Source: Promethearchaeota archaeon (lineage in GTDB: Archaea; Asgardarchaeota; Thorarchaeia; Thorarchaeales; Thorarchaeaceae). Taken from it: a stretch of DNA of 5,968 nucleotides. The translations under genes and the position numbers were made by a program. Below the pieces are notes generated by a model. The model was not told where the DNA came from. It was given only the letters and a program-made list of their open reading frames with translations, and did no database searches. The first letter of the stretch is position 1. The number at the start of each line of letters is the position of its first letter. Location of the stretch: the NCBI GenBank assembly GCA_027031765.1, contig JALVPN010000056.1, positions 1 through 5,968 of the forward strand. The letters are read 5' to 3'. Of this stretch, positions 5,326 to 5,968 are shown in pieces.

Positions 5326-5343
5326 GCCCCCCACACTGTACTG
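5326..5343 (+). repeat. Second copy of the GCCCCCCACA-S-T-R-TACTG motif, overlapping the imperfect palindrome CACAC-T-GTAC-T-GTGTG (5332-5347)
   Basis: 16/18 identity to the minus strand of 2742-2725. Confidence 0.55.
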
Positions 5344-5522
5344 TGTGCATGTCACTACTCCCACTACCCGACCGCTGCTACGGACAGAGAGTGCCCGGCA
5401 ATGGACCGGGACAGGTGGCGCTCCCAATAAATGAAATAAGTGCCTGCTACATGATAGTGCCCAGTCGTTGGTACGCATGATACAAGTAGCCTCCGACTAG
5501 TCAGTCATTCAGTCTTGGCCTT

Positions 5523-5529
5523 GGTGGAG
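5523..5529 (+). promoter_or_regulatory. SD-like GGTGGAG of the ATPase gene
   Basis: Lies 4 nt upstream of ATG 5534. Confidence 0.6.
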
Positions 5530-5533
5530 TACA

Positions 5534-5968
5534 ATGAGCGATGGAAAGTTGTGGCTTGGTTTTCTCCTCGACAAAGATGGAAAACGTACGGACAAGCACT
5601 TCAAGATTGGCGTAGACCTGCTGCGTAGACATGGTGGTGTTTTCGGTTCTACCGGGTCTGGAAAGACCGTGCTGAGCAAGGTGATACTTGAGGAAGCGGC
5701 TCTTCAGGGTATCCCTGTGCTGGCGTTCGACCCACAAGGGGACATTGCGTCGCTGATGCTACCTGGTGACCCCAAGGAGCTGAAGAAGAAGGGCGTGCCT
5801 CCAGAGCGGCTGAAAGAGTACATGGACAAGGTCATCGTAAGGGTATTCACTCCCGCGAGCAGCAAGGGCCTTGCCATCTCAATCAACCCACTGAAGCTCC
5901 CGGAGAAGACTGCCGACCCGGACGACGTGATCCGGCTGCTCGACAACTCTGCACGCACTCTTGTGACG
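5534..5968 (+). CDS. HerA/FtsK-superfamily P-loop ATPase (DUF87/DUF853-like, helicase HerA-like domain), 5' portion only (145 codons, runs off the window)
   Basis: My translation: MSDGKLWLGFLLDKDGKRTDKHFKIGVDLLRRHGGVFGSTGSGKTVLSKVILEEAALQGIPVLAFDPQGDIASLMLPGDPKELKKKGVPPERLKEYMDKVIVRVFTPASSKGLAISINPLKLPEKTADPDDVIRLLDNSARTLVT. It contains RH-x-x-VFG plus Walker A GSTGSGKT (5645-5668) and the HerA/VirB4-type hhhDPxG[DE] motif (DPQGD, 5729-5743). It is absent from the ORF track because there is no stop codon inside the window. Confidence 0.93.
   Translation, partial: MSDGKLWLGFLLDKDGKRTDKHFKIGVDLLRRHGGVFGSTGSGKTVLSKVILEEAALQGIPVLAFDPQGDIASLMLPGDPKELKKKGVPPERLKEYMDKVIVRVFTPASSKGLAISINPLKLPEKTADPDDVIRLLDNSARTLVT

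Noticed and set aside
5261-5326. 21-aa micro-ORF (GTG start overlapping the TGA; MNYLYCPVGCLPHHSHPAPAR) with a Cys/His-rich look
   Set aside because: SD spacing is poor, the ORF is very short, and it coincides with a hairpin and C-rich tract. It cannot be supported without ribosome profiling.
5262-5480. TGA of the 6-TM gene followed by 71 further open codons containing CTVC, suggesting selenocysteine or other read-through
   Set aside because: The extension is Pro/Thr-rich and not protein-like, I could not build a SECIS-like structure nearby, and an open run of this length is plausible by chance in C-rich DNA.
5265-5533. Possible CRISPR array, tRNA, C/D-box sRNA or replication origin in the 269-nt spacer
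   Set aside because: There is no repeat of 20 nt or more at regular spacing, no cloverleaf or T-loop consensus, no paired RUGAUGA/CUGA boxes, and no ORB-like TTCCAG...GAAA-G-string motif.
5156-5958. Minus-strand ORFs 5156..5350, 5266..5478, 5501..5737 and 5704..5958
   Set aside because: They are antisense to the 6-TM gene or the ATPase, or derive from low-complexity spacer, and have no start signals or motifs.

Overview
GC-rich window from what looks like an archaeal chromosome. The evidence is TTTAAA/TTATAA/TTATTA/TTAATA TATA-like boxes about 25-35 nt upstream of purine-rich Shine-Dalgarno (SD)-like tracts. The protein style suggests an Asgard archaeon such as Thorarchaeia, but that is an unverified inference. 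I support six CDSs. On the minus strand: a 256-aa soluble hypothetical protein (4-774), a DASS/SLC13 anion:Na+ symporter with an unusual extracellular insert (905-2635, possibly starting at CTG 2665), and a ~120-aa ferredoxin-like/dimeric alpha+beta barrel protein (2765-3127). Divergently on the plus strand: an MFS transporter (probably 3320-4555, not the 600-aa ORF in the track), a 6-TM hypothetical membrane protein (4647-5264), and the 5' part of a HerA/FtsK-superfamily (DUF87/DUF853-like) P-loop ATPase (5534 to beyond the window) that the ORF track omits. I found no tRNA, rRNA, CRISPR array or transposase. No complete new system can be demonstrated from this window. The best leads are the sequon-rich beta domain inserted in the DASS transporter, an 18-nt motif shared by two intergenic regions, a recurring short-leader architecture implying a CTG start, a possibly switchable 5' leader between the divergent genes, and the membrane protein plus HAS-less HerA-like ATPase pair.
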